Source of the DNA: an uncultured Lachnospiraceae bacterium
GTDB taxonomy: Bacteria > Bacillota > Clostridia > Lachnospirales > Lachnospiraceae
NCBI GenBank assembly: GCA_947588675.1
Contig: CANPYY010000011.1
Coordinates: forward strand, 1,456 to 65,455
Length of the DNA stretch: 64,000 nucleotides
Direction: 5' to 3'
The stretch's first letter is position 1. The number at the start of each line of letters is the position of its first letter. Below the pieces are notes generated by a model. The model was not told the DNA's origin, made no database searches, and saw only the letters and a list, made by a program, of their open reading frames with translations. A program made the position numbers and the translations under genes. This document shows, piece after piece, positions 36,878 through 47,278 of this stretch.

Positions 36878-37402
36878 TTATGCCTTTACAGGTTCGTCGT
36901 ATACTTTGCCAAAAAGTTCCGCCGATATTTCTTTTATAACCTGTGGAGCAAGCGGTTTATCTGAATAGTCTGTTGCTACTGTTGCAATTCTGTCTACGAT
37001 ATCCATTCCTTCAGTAACTTTCCCGAATGCAGCATATGAGCCGTCGAGGTAAGGAGCGTCCCTGTGCATGATAAAAAACTGGGAGCCGGCTGAATCCGGC
37101 ATCTGTGAACGTGCCATCGAAATGACGCCTGCAGTATGTTTCAGATTGTTTTCAAATCCGTTTGCTGAAAATTCTCCGGGTATGGAATAACCCGGACCAC
37201 CCATGCCGGTACCTGAGGGGCATCCTCCCTGTATCATGAAGCCCTCTATTATCCTGTGGAAAGTAAGTCCGTTGTAGAAGTCTTTATTTACAAGGGAAAT
37301 AAAGTTGTTGACGGTGTTCGGGGCAATGTCGGGATAAAGCTCGAGCTTTATTGTATTGCCGTTTTCCATAGTTATTGTAATAACCGGGTTGGTTTTTTGC
37401 AT
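36878..37402 (-). CDS. ppiB: Cyclophilin-type peptidyl-prolyl cis-trans isomerase
   Basis: ORF 36878-37465. ATG 37402 follows GGAAGG. Motifs FHRIIEGFMIQGG and SQFFIM. Confidence 0.9.
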   Translation of the reverse strand: MQKTNPVITITMENGNTIKLELYPDIAPNTVNNFISLVNKDFYNGLTFHRIIEGFMIQGGCPSGTGMGGPGYSIPGEFSANGFENNLKHTAGVISMARSQMPDSAGSQFFIMHRDAPYLDGSYAAFGKVTEGMDIVDRIATVATDYSDKPLAPQVIKEISAELFGKVYDEPVKA

Positions 37403-37544
37403 AAAAATACCTTCCTTTCGATAATTAATACTAAGTATAATATAGCCTGTGTGGCGATATTGCAAGAAAAAACATTATAAATATTGTTAAAAATATTTTT
37501 ATCTGATAGGATATTGGTAAATATTTTAAAGAGGAGATAGAAAT

Positions 37545-38558
37545 ATGTTAATTCCCGATTATATAAAGTATGGCGATACAATTGCAGTAACAGCGCCGTC
37601 TGACGGTAATAAAAGCGATATAGATATTGCAAGGCTGTCGTTTGCAAAAAGTAAAATTGAGGACCTTGGGGTTAATGTAATTGAAACTGATAATGTAAGA
37701 AGAAGCATAAAAGGGCGAAGCGCATCTGCAAGAGAAAGAGCGGAACAGTTTATGCAGGTATGGAAAAATAAAGACGTAAAAGCGGTCATATCTGCAAAAG
37801 GCGGGGATTTTCTTATGGAGATACTTCCGTACATTGATTTTGATATTATAAAAAGTAACCCGAAATGGTTTCAGGGTTACTCGGATAATACGGGACTTGC
37901 ATTTACAATAGCGGTAATATGTGATATTGCAACAGTATATACTTCAAATTTCAATGATTTTGCAATGGAAAAATGGCATCCCGCAGTGCAGAATAACTGG
38001 GATATACTGTGCGGAAAAAATGTTGTACAGAATAGTTTTTTAAAATATCAGAACGGTTTCTTTACCGGTGAAACGGGAAAAGAGGGATATGTTCTTAACG
38101 AGGATGTCAGGTGGGTTAATGCAGTATGTGAAGACGGGGTTTGTATTAAGGGGAGACTTATAGGCGGATGCCTTGACGTGCTTCTTAACCTTGTCGGCAC
38201 AGGATATGACAAAGTAGGGGAATTTAATAAAAAATATTCGCAGGATGGCATTATATGGTTTTTTGAGAGTTTTAGTCTTGGAAGCGAGGAACTTGAAAGG
38301 GGATTGTGGCAGTTAAAAGAAGCGGGATGGTTTGAAGGGGTTTGTGGTTTTGTGTTTGGAAGGCCGGCATTTTTTTCAACGTCTACCGATACCACATATA
38401 AAGAAGCGGTAATTAATGCTCTGGGCGAATATAATGTGCCTGTAATACTGGATGCGGATATTGGGCATAAACCTCCGCAGTTTACGTTAATAAATGGGGC
38501 GGAGTGTATTATAAACAGCATGAATGGCAGAGGAAAACTGGAGTATGTAAATATATGA
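37545..38558 (+). CDS. S66-family LD-carboxypeptidase (LdcA/MccF-like)
   Basis: 337 aa. Nucleophile context GYSDNTG, and a C-terminal DADIGH motif. Confidence 0.75.
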   Translation: MLIPDYIKYGDTIAVTAPSDGNKSDIDIARLSFAKSKIEDLGVNVIETDNVRRSIKGRSASARERAEQFMQVWKNKDVKAVISAKGGDFLMEILPYIDFDIIKSNPKWFQGYSDNTGLAFTIAVICDIATVYTSNFNDFAMEKWHPAVQNNWDILCGKNVVQNSFLKYQNGFFTGETGKEGYVLNEDVRWVNAVCEDGVCIKGRLIGGCLDVLLNLVGTGYDKVGEFNKKYSQDGIIWFFESFSLGSEELERGLWQLKEAGWFEGVCGFVFGRPAFFSTSTDTTYKEAVINALGEYNVPVILDADIGHKPPQFTLINGAECIINSMNGRGKLEYVNI

Positions 38559-38592
38559 TACAGATAAAATATAAGATATAGGTTTGTGAAAA

Positions 38593-38615
38593 AAGGAGGG
38601 AAACCTCCTTTTTTG
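38593..38615 (+). terminator. Rho-independent terminator after the LD-carboxypeptidase gene
   Basis: Stem AAGGAGG / CCTCCTT, loop GAAA, then TTTTT. Confidence 0.75.
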
Positions 38616-38697
38616 ATGCCCGGAATACTTTAATGTCGATGATTTACCTGATTATGATTACTGTTTATGACATATTCTGCAAAAGAACAATCCTATA

Positions 38698-39564
38698 ATG
38701 AATTTGAAAGGAGTGCAGTTTACGAAAGTATACATAGATATATTGTTTTTATGTAATTTTATTATGGATTTTTGCCTGCTCATATTTTTCTGCCGGCTTA
38801 CAGATATAAAAAGTCCTGTAAAAAGAGTAGCGCTTTCTGCCTTTTGCGGAGCCGTTTCAGATTGTATCCTAATATATTTGAATCCGGTAATGCCATTAAA
38901 AATTATTTTTGGGAATATAATTATCCCTGCTGTTATTATTTTTACTGCTTTTTTCGGCATTACGGTTCTTAACGTAAAGCTAATGTTAAAATATATTATA
39001 ATATGGTACTTTTCCGCATTTGCCGCAGGAGGGCTTATAAGCTGTGTGTTTGGAGACAGGATAAACATATATGAACTTGCTTTTAGCGCTATTTTTATAA
39101 TATTTGCAGGAAACGTTATATTGCGGTACGGCAATTTATCGGGATTACGCAAAACCAATAATAATATTTACAGTATTACAATATATAAAAATAAAAGATT
39201 CTGCACGGGATTTGCAAAGTATGACAGCGCCAACACTTTATATGAACCGATATCGGGAAGTAATGTTATTGTGTGTGCCTGTGATACGGTAAAAGAGTTT
39301 TTAACGGAAGGCGAAAAAAAATATATAGAACTCTTTCCATCGCTTCCGGATGAATGGGACGGAAAAACCATGCTTAGAAGCATACCCTTCAGTTCCGTAG
39401 GGGAAAAAAGAGGATGTATGCCGGCAGTGGCATTAGATAAAGTATGTATATCAAAGGGAAAGAGGAAAATGATATATAAAGGTTGTTATCTGGCTATATC
39501 GGATAACGGTATATCGATAAATAAAGATTATGATTTTCTTTTGAATTATAAAATGAAACTTTAA
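38698..39564 (+). CDS. spoIIGA: Sigma-E processing aspartic peptidase SpoIIGA
   Basis: 288 aa. N-terminal polytopic domain beginning YIDILFLCNFIMDFCLLIF (compare B. subtilis IYLDVIWLLNF). Immediately precedes sigE. The start codon is ambiguous (ATG 38698, TTG 38704 or GTG 38713). Confidence 0.85.
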   Translation: MNLKGVQFTKVYIDILFLCNFIMDFCLLIFFCRLTDIKSPVKRVALSAFCGAVSDCILIYLNPVMPLKIIFGNIIIPAVIIFTAFFGITVLNVKLMLKYIIIWYFSAFAAGGLISCVFGDRINIYELAFSAIFIIFAGNVILRYGNLSGLRKTNNNIYSITIYKNKRFCTGFAKYDSANTLYEPISGSNVIVCACDTVKEFLTEGEKKYIELFPSLPDEWDGKTMLRSIPFSSVGEKRGCMPAVALDKVCISKGKRKMIYKGCYLAISDNGISINKDYDFLLNYKMKL

Positions 39565-39582
39565 CAGATATGAGGGGGAAAT

Positions 39583-40329
39583 ATGATATTCAGAATAGCA
39601 ATTCCAAATTATTTTCAGTTTCGCATGATAAAAGACGTAAAGGACATAGTATTTGGAAAAGGAGGCGATATTCATTATATAGGCGGCGCCGAAATACTGC
39701 CTGCCCCTTTTGAACCCGATGAAGAACTTGTATGGATTAACAGGCTGGAAACGGAAGAAGGAAGAAATGAAGCCATTGCGGTTTTGGTAGAGCATAATTT
39801 AAGGCTTGTGGTATATATAGCAAAGAAATTCGATAATACCGGAGTTGGAGTAGAAGACCTTATATCAATAGGAACTATCGGACTTATGAAAGCGATAAAT
39901 ACTTTTAAATCCGAAAAGAAAATTAAGCTTGCAACTTATGCTTCAAGGTGTATTGAAAATGAAATACTTATGTATCTTAGGAAAACAAGCAAGACAAAAC
40001 TTGAAGTATCAATAGATGAACCCCTTAATGTTGACTGGGACGGCAATGAACTGCTGTTATCCGATATACTTGGAACGGATGACGATGTTATATCAAAGGA
40101 GCTGGAAAATGAAGTTGATAAAAAAATGCTGAAAAAAGCGCTTGAAAGGCTTAATGACAGGGAAAGGATGATTATACAGTTAAGATTTGGACTGGACAGC
40201 GATGAAGGACTGGAAAAGACCCAGAAAGAAGTTGCGGATATACTCGGCATTTCCCAATCATACATATCAAGGCTGGAAAAAAAGATTATGAAACGGCTTA
40301 AAAAAGAGATACTTAAAATGGAATCCTAG
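39583..40329 (+). CDS. sigE: Sporulation sigma factor pro-sigma-E
   Basis: 248 aa. N-terminal pro-sequence, region 2 ([28 protein letters not shown]) and region 4 HTH ([22 protein letters not shown]). Confidence 0.92.
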   Translation: MIFRIAIPNYFQFRMIKDVKDIVFGKGGDIHYIGGAEILPAPFEPDEELVWINRLETEEGRNEAIAVLVEHNLRLVVYIAKKFDNTGVGVEDLISIGTIGLMKAINTFKSEKKIKLATYASRCIENEILMYLRKTSKTKLEVSIDEPLNVDWDGNELLLSDILGTDDDVISKELENEVDKKMLKKALERLNDRERMIIQLRFGLDSDEGLEKTQKEVADILGISQSYISRLEKKIMKRLKKEILKMES

Positions 40330-40482
40330 TAAAAGAATTTTAATAATTAATACATGGTCATATTTTTGCACATTATCTGCATAACAGCACATAAGTCCAC
40401 GGCGTTACAGCCGCAGGCTTATGTATATGCTGTATATGGAGCCGGGCGTGAAGGTGTACGGCATTACTTATAACAGGAAAGA

Positions 40483-42069
40483 TTAAAGTCCCTTATAAGA
40501 TAAAAAGTCAAAATCAGCATAATTATCAGACGGATGTCCGTTTGACGTTGCGTATATTCCGAGGCATGTTCCTACAAAGCCGCCTGCAGCGTCAGTGCAA
40601 AGTATACGTCCGTCTGCATTTTCTGTTACAGTCGTGTAATTTTTTCGGTCAAATGAATATGAGAAACTTATATCCTGTGCTTTCTGGACTGCTTTAAGGT
40701 ATATATTTACATGTCCTGCGTCCGGCGCGTTGATACTGCATTTTGCAATTTCACTTACGTTGTCAGTGCCGTTGTTTTGAAAACTTTTTAATACTTTAAG
40801 GCAATACATATCATTATCGCGTGTTACGGTGAATGTGTAATAATTACTGTCGCTTTGGAGAAGTACAAGACCGGCGTCTTCACATTCTGAAGGGTTAAAG
40901 TCAATACAGGTTTCAAGTTCATAGCTCATATCGGTCTGCCGGCGGCATATTAAAGTGGGCGATGAAGTGCCGTTTATGACTTCGGGAGATAGTTTAAGAC
41001 GCATAAATCCCTTTCTTTCCGTAAGAGAATACATATCTGTATCCGGGTTGCGCACATACATATAGTGAAATGGCAGAGTATCATAATCAAAGTCGTCAAA
41101 ACCGGGGACTGGCTCGTATTCTTCTTCTTTAAGGTCAGGCGCCGGTATGGTATCTTCAATTATTCCTTTGCCCGGATTGATAAGAGGCCATCCGTTTTCC
41201 CATGTCATCGGTACAAGGAATGTTTCGCGGCCGAGATTCCTATAGTATCCTCCGCCGTAAGGACGTGAAGCGAGAGCTACCATCCACCATTCGCCATTAT
41301 CGGTTTCTACTATATCGGGATGTCCGACATTGACAATAGGATATGTAAGGCCCAGATGCCTGTGGGTAAGTATTGGGTTGCCCGGATATCCGCAGAAAGG
41401 TTCTCTTAAACTTTTGCTTCGCGCAACAGTAACACAGTGCATGTGCGCCGTGCCGGCCTCGCTTATCATCAAATAATACCATCCGTCCTTTTTGTATATA
41501 TGAGGACCCTCCGGCCATTCTACATTTCGCAGGGCGCCGTGCCAGGCGGGCCATGACTCGCCTGTAAGTTTCATCGTATTAAGGTCAAGTTCCTGAATAT
41601 ATATTTCGTTGTCGCCAAAATACCGCGCGCCTTCACGGCGGTCTTTAGTGCCGCAGTAGTAGCAGCGTCCATCGTCATCAAAGAACAGGGACGGGTCTAT
41701 TCCCTCGCTTCCGAGACATATCGGATCTGACCACGGACCTGCCGGGTCTGTGGCGGTTACTATGAAGTTTCCGTTCCCTCCTCTTATATTAGTAGTAATT
41801 ACGTAAAAAGTACCGTTATTATACCTTATGGTAGGTGCGTATATGCCGTCATTGGCAATTTTGGTGCCTTCAAGAGGAAGCTGGCTTTTTCTGTCGAGTA
41901 CGTTGCCAATCTGTTCCCAGTGTACCAGATCTCTGCTGTGAAATATTGGTATACCCGGAAAGTAAGCAAATGTTGAATTAACCATGTAATAGTCGCGACC
42001 CGCCTTACATATTGAAGGGTCAGGGTAAAAACCTGCAAGTACAGGATTTTTGTATGTTTTATGTTTCAT
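40483..42069 (-). CDS. GH43 beta-xylosidase / alpha-L-arabinofuranosidase (XynB-like), cytoplasmic
   Basis: 528 aa with no signal peptide. N-terminus NPVLAGFYPDPSI...YYMVNSTF, a five-bladed propeller plus a C-terminal beta-sandwich. Confidence 0.88.
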   Translation of the reverse strand: MKHKTYKNPVLAGFYPDPSICKAGRDYYMVNSTFAYFPGIPIFHSRDLVHWEQIGNVLDRKSQLPLEGTKIANDGIYAPTIRYNNGTFYVITTNIRGGNGNFIVTATDPAGPWSDPICLGSEGIDPSLFFDDDGRCYYCGTKDRREGARYFGDNEIYIQELDLNTMKLTGESWPAWHGALRNVEWPEGPHIYKKDGWYYLMISEAGTAHMHCVTVARSKSLREPFCGYPGNPILTHRHLGLTYPIVNVGHPDIVETDNGEWWMVALASRPYGGGYYRNLGRETFLVPMTWENGWPLINPGKGIIEDTIPAPDLKEEEYEPVPGFDDFDYDTLPFHYMYVRNPDTDMYSLTERKGFMRLKLSPEVINGTSSPTLICRRQTDMSYELETCIDFNPSECEDAGLVLLQSDSNYYTFTVTRDNDMYCLKVLKSFQNNGTDNVSEIAKCSINAPDAGHVNIYLKAVQKAQDISFSYSFDRKNYTTVTENADGRILCTDAAGGFVGTCLGIYATSNGHPSDNYADFDFLSYKGL

Positions 42070-42281
42070 AACCGTTCTCCTTATAAAATATTTTGGTACA
42101 GGTCAATAATAATAAATATGCTGCAATTATACAATATGTAAAATTAAAATGAAGGTTAAAATTGTCAGTTATGTTGCCTTTGTTGTGTAAATTAACTATA
42201 AAAGAGAGCAAAATTCAGATATTTTATGTGAAATATAGTCATGATAATAACAAAAAAATGACTTAAAATCCATTATTTATG

Positions 42282-42310
42282 TAGACATTTGAACAAAAAA
42301 GTGATACAAT
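42282..42310 (+). promoter_or_regulatory. Candidate extended -10 sigma-A promoter for the sugar-utilisation operon
   Basis: TAGACA (42282-42287), 17-nt spacer, TGaTACAAT (-10 at 42305-42310). Confidence 0.4.
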
Positions 42311-42419
42311 GAAACTCGAAAAAGTATGCAATTGTTACAAAAATACAATAATATATGATTTAAATTGTAGTTTTTGCAAGGCGTATACTTAGAACGTAGG
42401 AAAGGAGAGATGGACAGAT

Positions 42420-45395
42420 ATGTCAAAACTTAAAGAAGTATTAAGCAAAAAAATTGTTCAAATACCTCTTATAATAATTGCATTTGTAATTATTATCGTT
42501 GTATGGAAAACTTTGGCTAACGGACAAGACAGCTATCATGACAAGTATGAAGGCGCTGACCTGACTGCTGACGTCGAAGGAATAGCCAGAGATGATACAT
42601 ACGCAAAATATCTTCAGAAATATGAAGGTATGGATAGCCCTGATGAAGTGATTGACGTTGATATATTTAATTATTTATCGACGAGCAGCGGAGTATCCGT
42701 TATAAATAATATTGACGGAGAAGACAAAGCTATTCAGGCATCTGAGGATGGCTCTGCAGAATGGGAGGTTGATATTCCCAAGGAGGGAATGTATAACATC
42801 TATGTTGAGTACTATCCTATAGAATCCAGGGGAATTGACATTGAACGTGCCGTATATATAAATGGAGAAATGCCATTTTACGGAGCAGATGCTGTTACAT
42901 TCAGCAGGGTGTGGGCTGATTCGGCTGAAATACAGCAGGATAATCAGGGAAATGATATAAGACCTACGCAGATTGAAGCGCCGATATGGCAGAGTACATA
43001 TTTGAAAGATTATATGGGATATCATGTTGAACCATATAAATTTTATTTTAAAAAGGGAGTAAACACCTTAAAGTTTGAAGGTGTTAATGAGCCTATAGCA
43101 ATAAGGAAAATATCTATTCTTAATAAGAAAGCGGAGCCTTCTTATCAGGAATATTATGATTCGATAGTGCTTGAGGATTATAACAATTCTGAAAACGCAG
43201 AGCCTGTAAAAATTCAGGGTGAAGCTTCGGTAAGACGTTCGTCGCCGTCGCTTTATCCAAATAACGACAGAGCTTCATCTATTACAGAACCATACAGTCC
43301 TACGCTTATTCTGATGAATAAGATAGGCGGTACGCAATGGAAAGTTGCTGGAGACTGGATTGAATGGGATTTTGAAGTGCCTGAAGACGGAATGTATACA
43401 ATATCCGTTAAAGGACGTCAGAATTACAACAGAGGTTTTGTTTCAAGCCGTTCAGTATCTATTGACGGGGAGTGTCCTTTTGAAGAATGTAATATAATAT
43501 CTTTCCAGTTTGAAAACGACTGGCAGATGTGTACATTAAGTGATGAAAATAAAAATCCTTACCAGTTTGCATTAAAGGCAGGTAAGCATACTATAAGACT
43601 TGAGGTAACGCTCGGAGACCTTGGAAATATACTTACCGAACTTAATGACAGCGTGTTCAGGCTTAATTCAATGTATCGTAAGATTCTGGTTCTTACAGGA
43701 GCCGAACCGGATGAGTTCAGAGATTATAATATTGATGAAGTTTATCCTGAAGTTATAGAAGGTATGGATATTGAGTGCAAGAGATTGTATAAGATAGTTG
43801 ATGATCTTGTAGAATTTTCAGGTGAGAAGGGTTCGCAGGTTGCATCAATACTTACTGTTGCCAATCAGCTTGAAAAGTTCGTTAAGAAACCTGATAAGAT
43901 TCCGAAATCACTTGCTAATTTCAAGGAAAATATAAGTGCGATAGGTACAGGAATCAATTCACTGAGCGAAGCTCCTCTTGATGTAGACTTTATACAGGTT
44001 ACTCCTGCAGGAGGACAGCTTCCTGAATGTAAAGAATCATTCCTTCAGAGTGCAATGCATGAAATAAGAGTGTTTATAGCTTCCTTCATTGTGGATTATA
44101 CCGCGCTCGGAAATGTATATGACGATAAAGATACGGAACTCCTTGACTGCTGGATTCTTTCAGGACGTGACCAGAGTTCGATTCTTAAAACCATGATTGA
44201 TGATACGTTTGTTCCGAAATATGGAATAGGCGTCAATGTAAAACTTATCGATGCAACGACATTGCTTCCTGCGGTAGTTGCGGGAACCGGTCCGGATATT
44301 GCTCTTACGGTGGCGCAGACAGAACCTGTAAACTATGCGCTCAGGAAAGCGGCATATGACCTTACCCAGTTTGATGACTGGGAGGAATGGAAGACCAATG
44401 TGCTTGAAAAGGAATTTTATGAAAGTTCATATATTTCCTATCAGTTTAACGGCGGAATGTATGCTCTCCCCGAAACACAGAACTTTAACGTATTGTTCTA
44501 CAGACAGGATATTTTAGATGAACTTGGAGTGGAAGTTCCGCAGACATGGCAGGATCTTATATCCATACTTCCTACTATTACAAATAACAATCTTCAGGTT
44601 GGTATACCAAGTACCGAAAGAAAAGTTGGTAATACGGCTAACCCCGACCTTGCTAACTATTTCTGCCAGCTTTATCAGAGGGGCGGTACTCTTTACACGC
44701 CTGACCAGACGGCGGTAAATATTGATACTGAAGAAGCTATTGAAGCATTTGAATATTTCACAAAATTGTTTACTAATTATAAAGTTCCTACGAGTTATGA
44801 CTTTGTAAACCGATTCAGGTCAGGAGAAATGCCGATAGGTATACAGGACTTCTCAAACTACAATACTCTTGTAGTATTCGCGCCTGAGATAAAGGGACTT
44901 TGGAATTTTGCACTTGTTCCCGGATATGAGCGTGAAGATGAAAACGGAAATAAATACATAGACCGTTCGGTACAGTCATGGGGACAGTGTTCAATGATTC
45001 TTACGAAACATGACGGCGAGGAAAAATATGATTTGGCATGGACATTCTTAAAATGGTGGCTGGATTCCGATACACAGGTAAGGTTCGGACGCGAGCTTGA
45101 AAGTGTAATGGGAGCTTCCGCCAGATATGCTACAGCAAACACGGTTGCATTTGAACAGCTTTCATGGAGCAAGAAAGATGCAGATGTACTTAAAGAGCAG
45201 TGGGAGTGGGCAATAGGTATACCGGAAATTGCCGGAGGATACTATACTTCAAGGCATATTACGAATGCAATAAGAAATGTCATGAATGATAATGATGATC
45301 CTCGTGAAACGATTCTTGATTACTCAAGAACAATTAATGACGAGATTACCAATAAACGTAAAGAGTTCGGACTTCCGGTCAAAGAGGAAGACTGA
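42420..45395 (+). CDS. Giant membrane-anchored protein: TM helix + two CBM-like beta-sandwich repeats + family-1 solute-binding domain
   Basis: 991 aa. TM IVQIPLIIIAFVIIIVVW. Repeat signatures WEVDIPKEGMYNIYVEYY (about 42762) and WIEWDFEVPEDGMYTISVKG (about 43355). The C-terminal ~420 aa (from about 44130) resemble a CUT1 sugar-binding protein. Confidence 0.7.
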   Translation: MSKLKEVLSKKIVQIPLIIIAFVIIIVVWKTLANGQDSYHDKYEGADLTADVEGIARDDTYAKYLQKYEGMDSPDEVIDVDIFNYLSTSSGVSVINNIDGEDKAIQASEDGSAEWEVDIPKEGMYNIYVEYYPIESRGIDIERAVYINGEMPFYGADAVTFSRVWADSAEIQQDNQGNDIRPTQIEAPIWQSTYLKDYMGYHVEPYKFYFKKGVNTLKFEGVNEPIAIRKISILNKKAEPSYQEYYDSIVLEDYNNSENAEPVKIQGEASVRRSSPSLYPNNDRASSITEPYSPTLILMNKIGGTQWKVAGDWIEWDFEVPEDGMYTISVKGRQNYNRGFVSSRSVSIDGECPFEECNIISFQFENDWQMCTLSDENKNPYQFALKAGKHTIRLEVTLGDLGNILTELNDSVFRLNSMYRKILVLTGAEPDEFRDYNIDEVYPEVIEGMDIECKRLYKIVDDLVEFSGEKGSQVASILTVANQLEKFVKKPDKIPKSLANFKENISAIGTGINSLSEAPLDVDFIQVTPAGGQLPECKESFLQSAMHEIRVFIASFIVDYTALGNVYDDKDTELLDCWILSGRDQSSILKTMIDDTFVPKYGIGVNVKLIDATTLLPAVVAGTGPDIALTVAQTEPVNYALRKAAYDLTQFDDWEEWKTNVLEKEFYESSYISYQFNGGMYALPETQNFNVLFYRQDILDELGVEVPQTWQDLISILPTITNNNLQVGIPSTERKVGNTANPDLANYFCQLYQRGGTLYTPDQTAVNIDTEEAIEAFEYFTKLFTNYKVPTSYDFVNRFRSGEMPIGIQDFSNYNTLVVFAPEIKGLWNFALVPGYEREDENGNKYIDRSVQSWGQCSMILTKHDGEEKYDLAWTFLKWWLDSDTQVRFGRELESVMGASARYATANTVAFEQLSWSKKDADVLKEQWEWAIGIPEIAGGYYTSRHITNAIRNVMNDNDDPRETILDYSRTINDEITNKRKEFGLPVKEED

Positions 45396-45430
45396 CGGAA
45401 TAATTATTAAATGAAAGGAGAGGTAAGTTA

Positions 45431-46369
45431 ATGAGTTCAGTCATGGCTAAATATATGACAATACAGAAACGGAAATTCAAGCATGGCTGGAAGGTTGCAA
45501 AACAGTCCAGAATATGCTACCTTTTCCTGCTTCCGTATGCACTTTTGTTTACACTCTTTACGGTAGCTCCGGTATGTATGTCAATATATTACAGTTTTAC
45601 CTATTACAATGTTCTTGAGCCTGCTCGTTTCATAGGGCTTACGAACTATATCAATCTTATTCTTGCAGACGATGTATTCCTTATATCGGTTAAGAATACA
45701 TTCCTGCTTGCGGCTATTACCGGTCCGATAGGATATATTATGTCGTTTTTGTTCGCATGGTTTATTAATGAGCTGCCAAGACTTCTAAGGGCAATCATGG
45801 TACTTATATTCTATGCTCCGACAATATCCGGCCAGGTATATATGGTATGGGCGCTGTTGTTCAGCGGTGACTCATACGGATATGTAAATGCATGGCTTAT
45901 GCAGTTCGGTATTATTGATGAACCGGTGTTATGGCTTACAGATGTTAAATATATGATGGGAGTTATTATTATAGTAGTTCTCTGGATGAGTCTTGGAAAC
46001 GGCTTCCTGTCGTTTGTCGCAGGACTTCAGGGAATTGATGAATCGCAGTTTGAAGCAGGGTATGTCGATGGTATTAAAAACCGGTGGCAGGAATTGTGGT
46101 ATATTACACTTCCTAATATGAAACCTATGCTTTTGTTCGGTGCGGTAATGGCAATTACCCAGTCATTCGGTGTTGCAGATGTTACTATGGTGCTATGCGG
46201 ATTCCCAAGTACGGATTATGCCGCAGAAACTGTTGTATCCCACCTGATTGACTATGGTCAGTACAGGTTTGATATGGGATACGCCTCTGCAATAGCAACG
46301 GTGCTGTTCGTTGTTATGATTCTGTGTAACAAGGCTGTTCACGCATTGCTTAGAAAAGTAGGAACGTAA
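45431..46369 (+). CDS. CUT1 sugar ABC transporter permease (MalF-like)
   Basis: 312 aa, 6 TM. EAA loop FEAGYVDGIKNRWQELWYITLPNMKP. Confidence 0.88.
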   Translation: MSSVMAKYMTIQKRKFKHGWKVAKQSRICYLFLLPYALLFTLFTVAPVCMSIYYSFTYYNVLEPARFIGLTNYINLILADDVFLISVKNTFLLAAITGPIGYIMSFLFAWFINELPRLLRAIMVLIFYAPTISGQVYMVWALLFSGDSYGYVNAWLMQFGIIDEPVLWLTDVKYMMGVIIIVVLWMSLGNGFLSFVAGLQGIDESQFEAGYVDGIKNRWQELWYITLPNMKPMLLFGAVMAITQSFGVADVTMVLCGFPSTDYAAETVVSHLIDYGQYRFDMGYASAIATVLFVVMILCNKAVHALLRKVGT

Positions 46370-46382
46370 GGGAGATGCTGAT

Positions 46383-47267
46383 ATGAAAAAGAATATGAAA
46401 AAAAATAGAAGAAAGTTATTAAGAAAAAGAAAACCTAACCGGTCCATAGGCGGAGATATTGGAATTTATATTCTTCTTATACTGTTTGGCGCTTTCTTTG
46501 CCCTGCCGCTTGTATATTCAATTTGTACAGCATTTAAGCCGTTGGATGAGATATATATATTCCCGCCTAAGTTTTATGTTAAAAATCCTACAATGGATAA
46601 CTTTGCGGACCTGTTTAACATTATGGGACAGTCATTCGTACCGTTTTCCAGATACATATTTAATTCGGTATTTATGACTGCTGCGGGCACATTCGGAAAC
46701 GTTATATTCTGTTCGATGGGTGCATATGTACTTTCCAAGTACAACTTCCCGGGCGGAAAGGCGTTCTTTGCAATGGTACAGACAGCGCTTATGTTCTCCG
46801 TATATGTTACGCAGATTCCTAACTATCTGATTATGACTAAACTCGGGTGGATTGATACTTATTTGTCGATTATAATACCTGCGTTTGCAACCCCTATGGG
46901 ATTGTTCCTTATGAAACAGTTCATGGAGGGGATTCCGGATGCCCTTATTGAGGCCGCTAAAATAGATGGAGCGAAAGAGGGACGTATTTTTGTGCGAATA
47001 GTAATGCCAATGGTTAAACCGGCGTGGCTGACGCTTATAATATTCTCAGTTATTGCCATATGGAATAACAGGGCAGCTACATTCATTTATTCAGAGGAAC
47101 TTAAAACATTGCCGTATGCACTGCAGCAGCTTATTCTCGGTGGTGTGTCACGTGCAGGTGTAGGAGCAGCAGTTACATTGTTTATGATGATAGTACCGAT
47201 TGCGATATTCCTTATGTGTGAAGGAAACGTTATTGAAACAATGGCAAGCTCCGGTATTAAGGATTAA
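46383..47267 (+). CDS. CUT1 sugar ABC transporter permease (MalG-like)
   Basis: 294 aa. EAA loop IEAAKIDGAKEGRIFVRIVMPMVKP. Confidence 0.88.
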   Translation: MKKNMKKNRRKLLRKRKPNRSIGGDIGIYILLILFGAFFALPLVYSICTAFKPLDEIYIFPPKFYVKNPTMDNFADLFNIMGQSFVPFSRYIFNSVFMTAAGTFGNVIFCSMGAYVLSKYNFPGGKAFFAMVQTALMFSVYVTQIPNYLIMTKLGWIDTYLSIIIPAFATPMGLFLMKQFMEGIPDALIEAAKIDGAKEGRIFVRIVMPMVKPAWLTLIIFSVIAIWNNRAATFIYSEELKTLPYALQQLILGGVSRAGVGAAVTLFMMIVPIAIFLMCEGNVIETMASSGIKD

Positions 47268-47278
47268 GGAGGGAGAAA

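Noticed and set aside
38634-38640. TGTCGAT heptamer upstream of spoIIGA, considered as a Spo0A box
   Set aside because: It is a single near-match to TGTCGAA. The nearby TATAAT (38694-38699) overlaps the annotated ATG, so the promoter geometry cannot be established. This is not enough for a call.
40330-40482. Left border of the sugar block, and the right border at 60752-60821, examined for mobile-element signatures
   Set aside because: There is no integrase, transposase, tRNA target, or direct or inverted terminal repeats. Only an imperfect hairpin is present (about 40398-40432). The block cannot be called a mobile element.
42327-42339. Palindromic TGCAATTGTTACA downstream of the candidate operon promoter, considered as a CcpA cre site
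   Set aside because: It is 13 nt (5+3+5) rather than the 14-nt cre core (TGWAANCGNTNWCA). It lacks the central CG and has at least two mismatches in any register.
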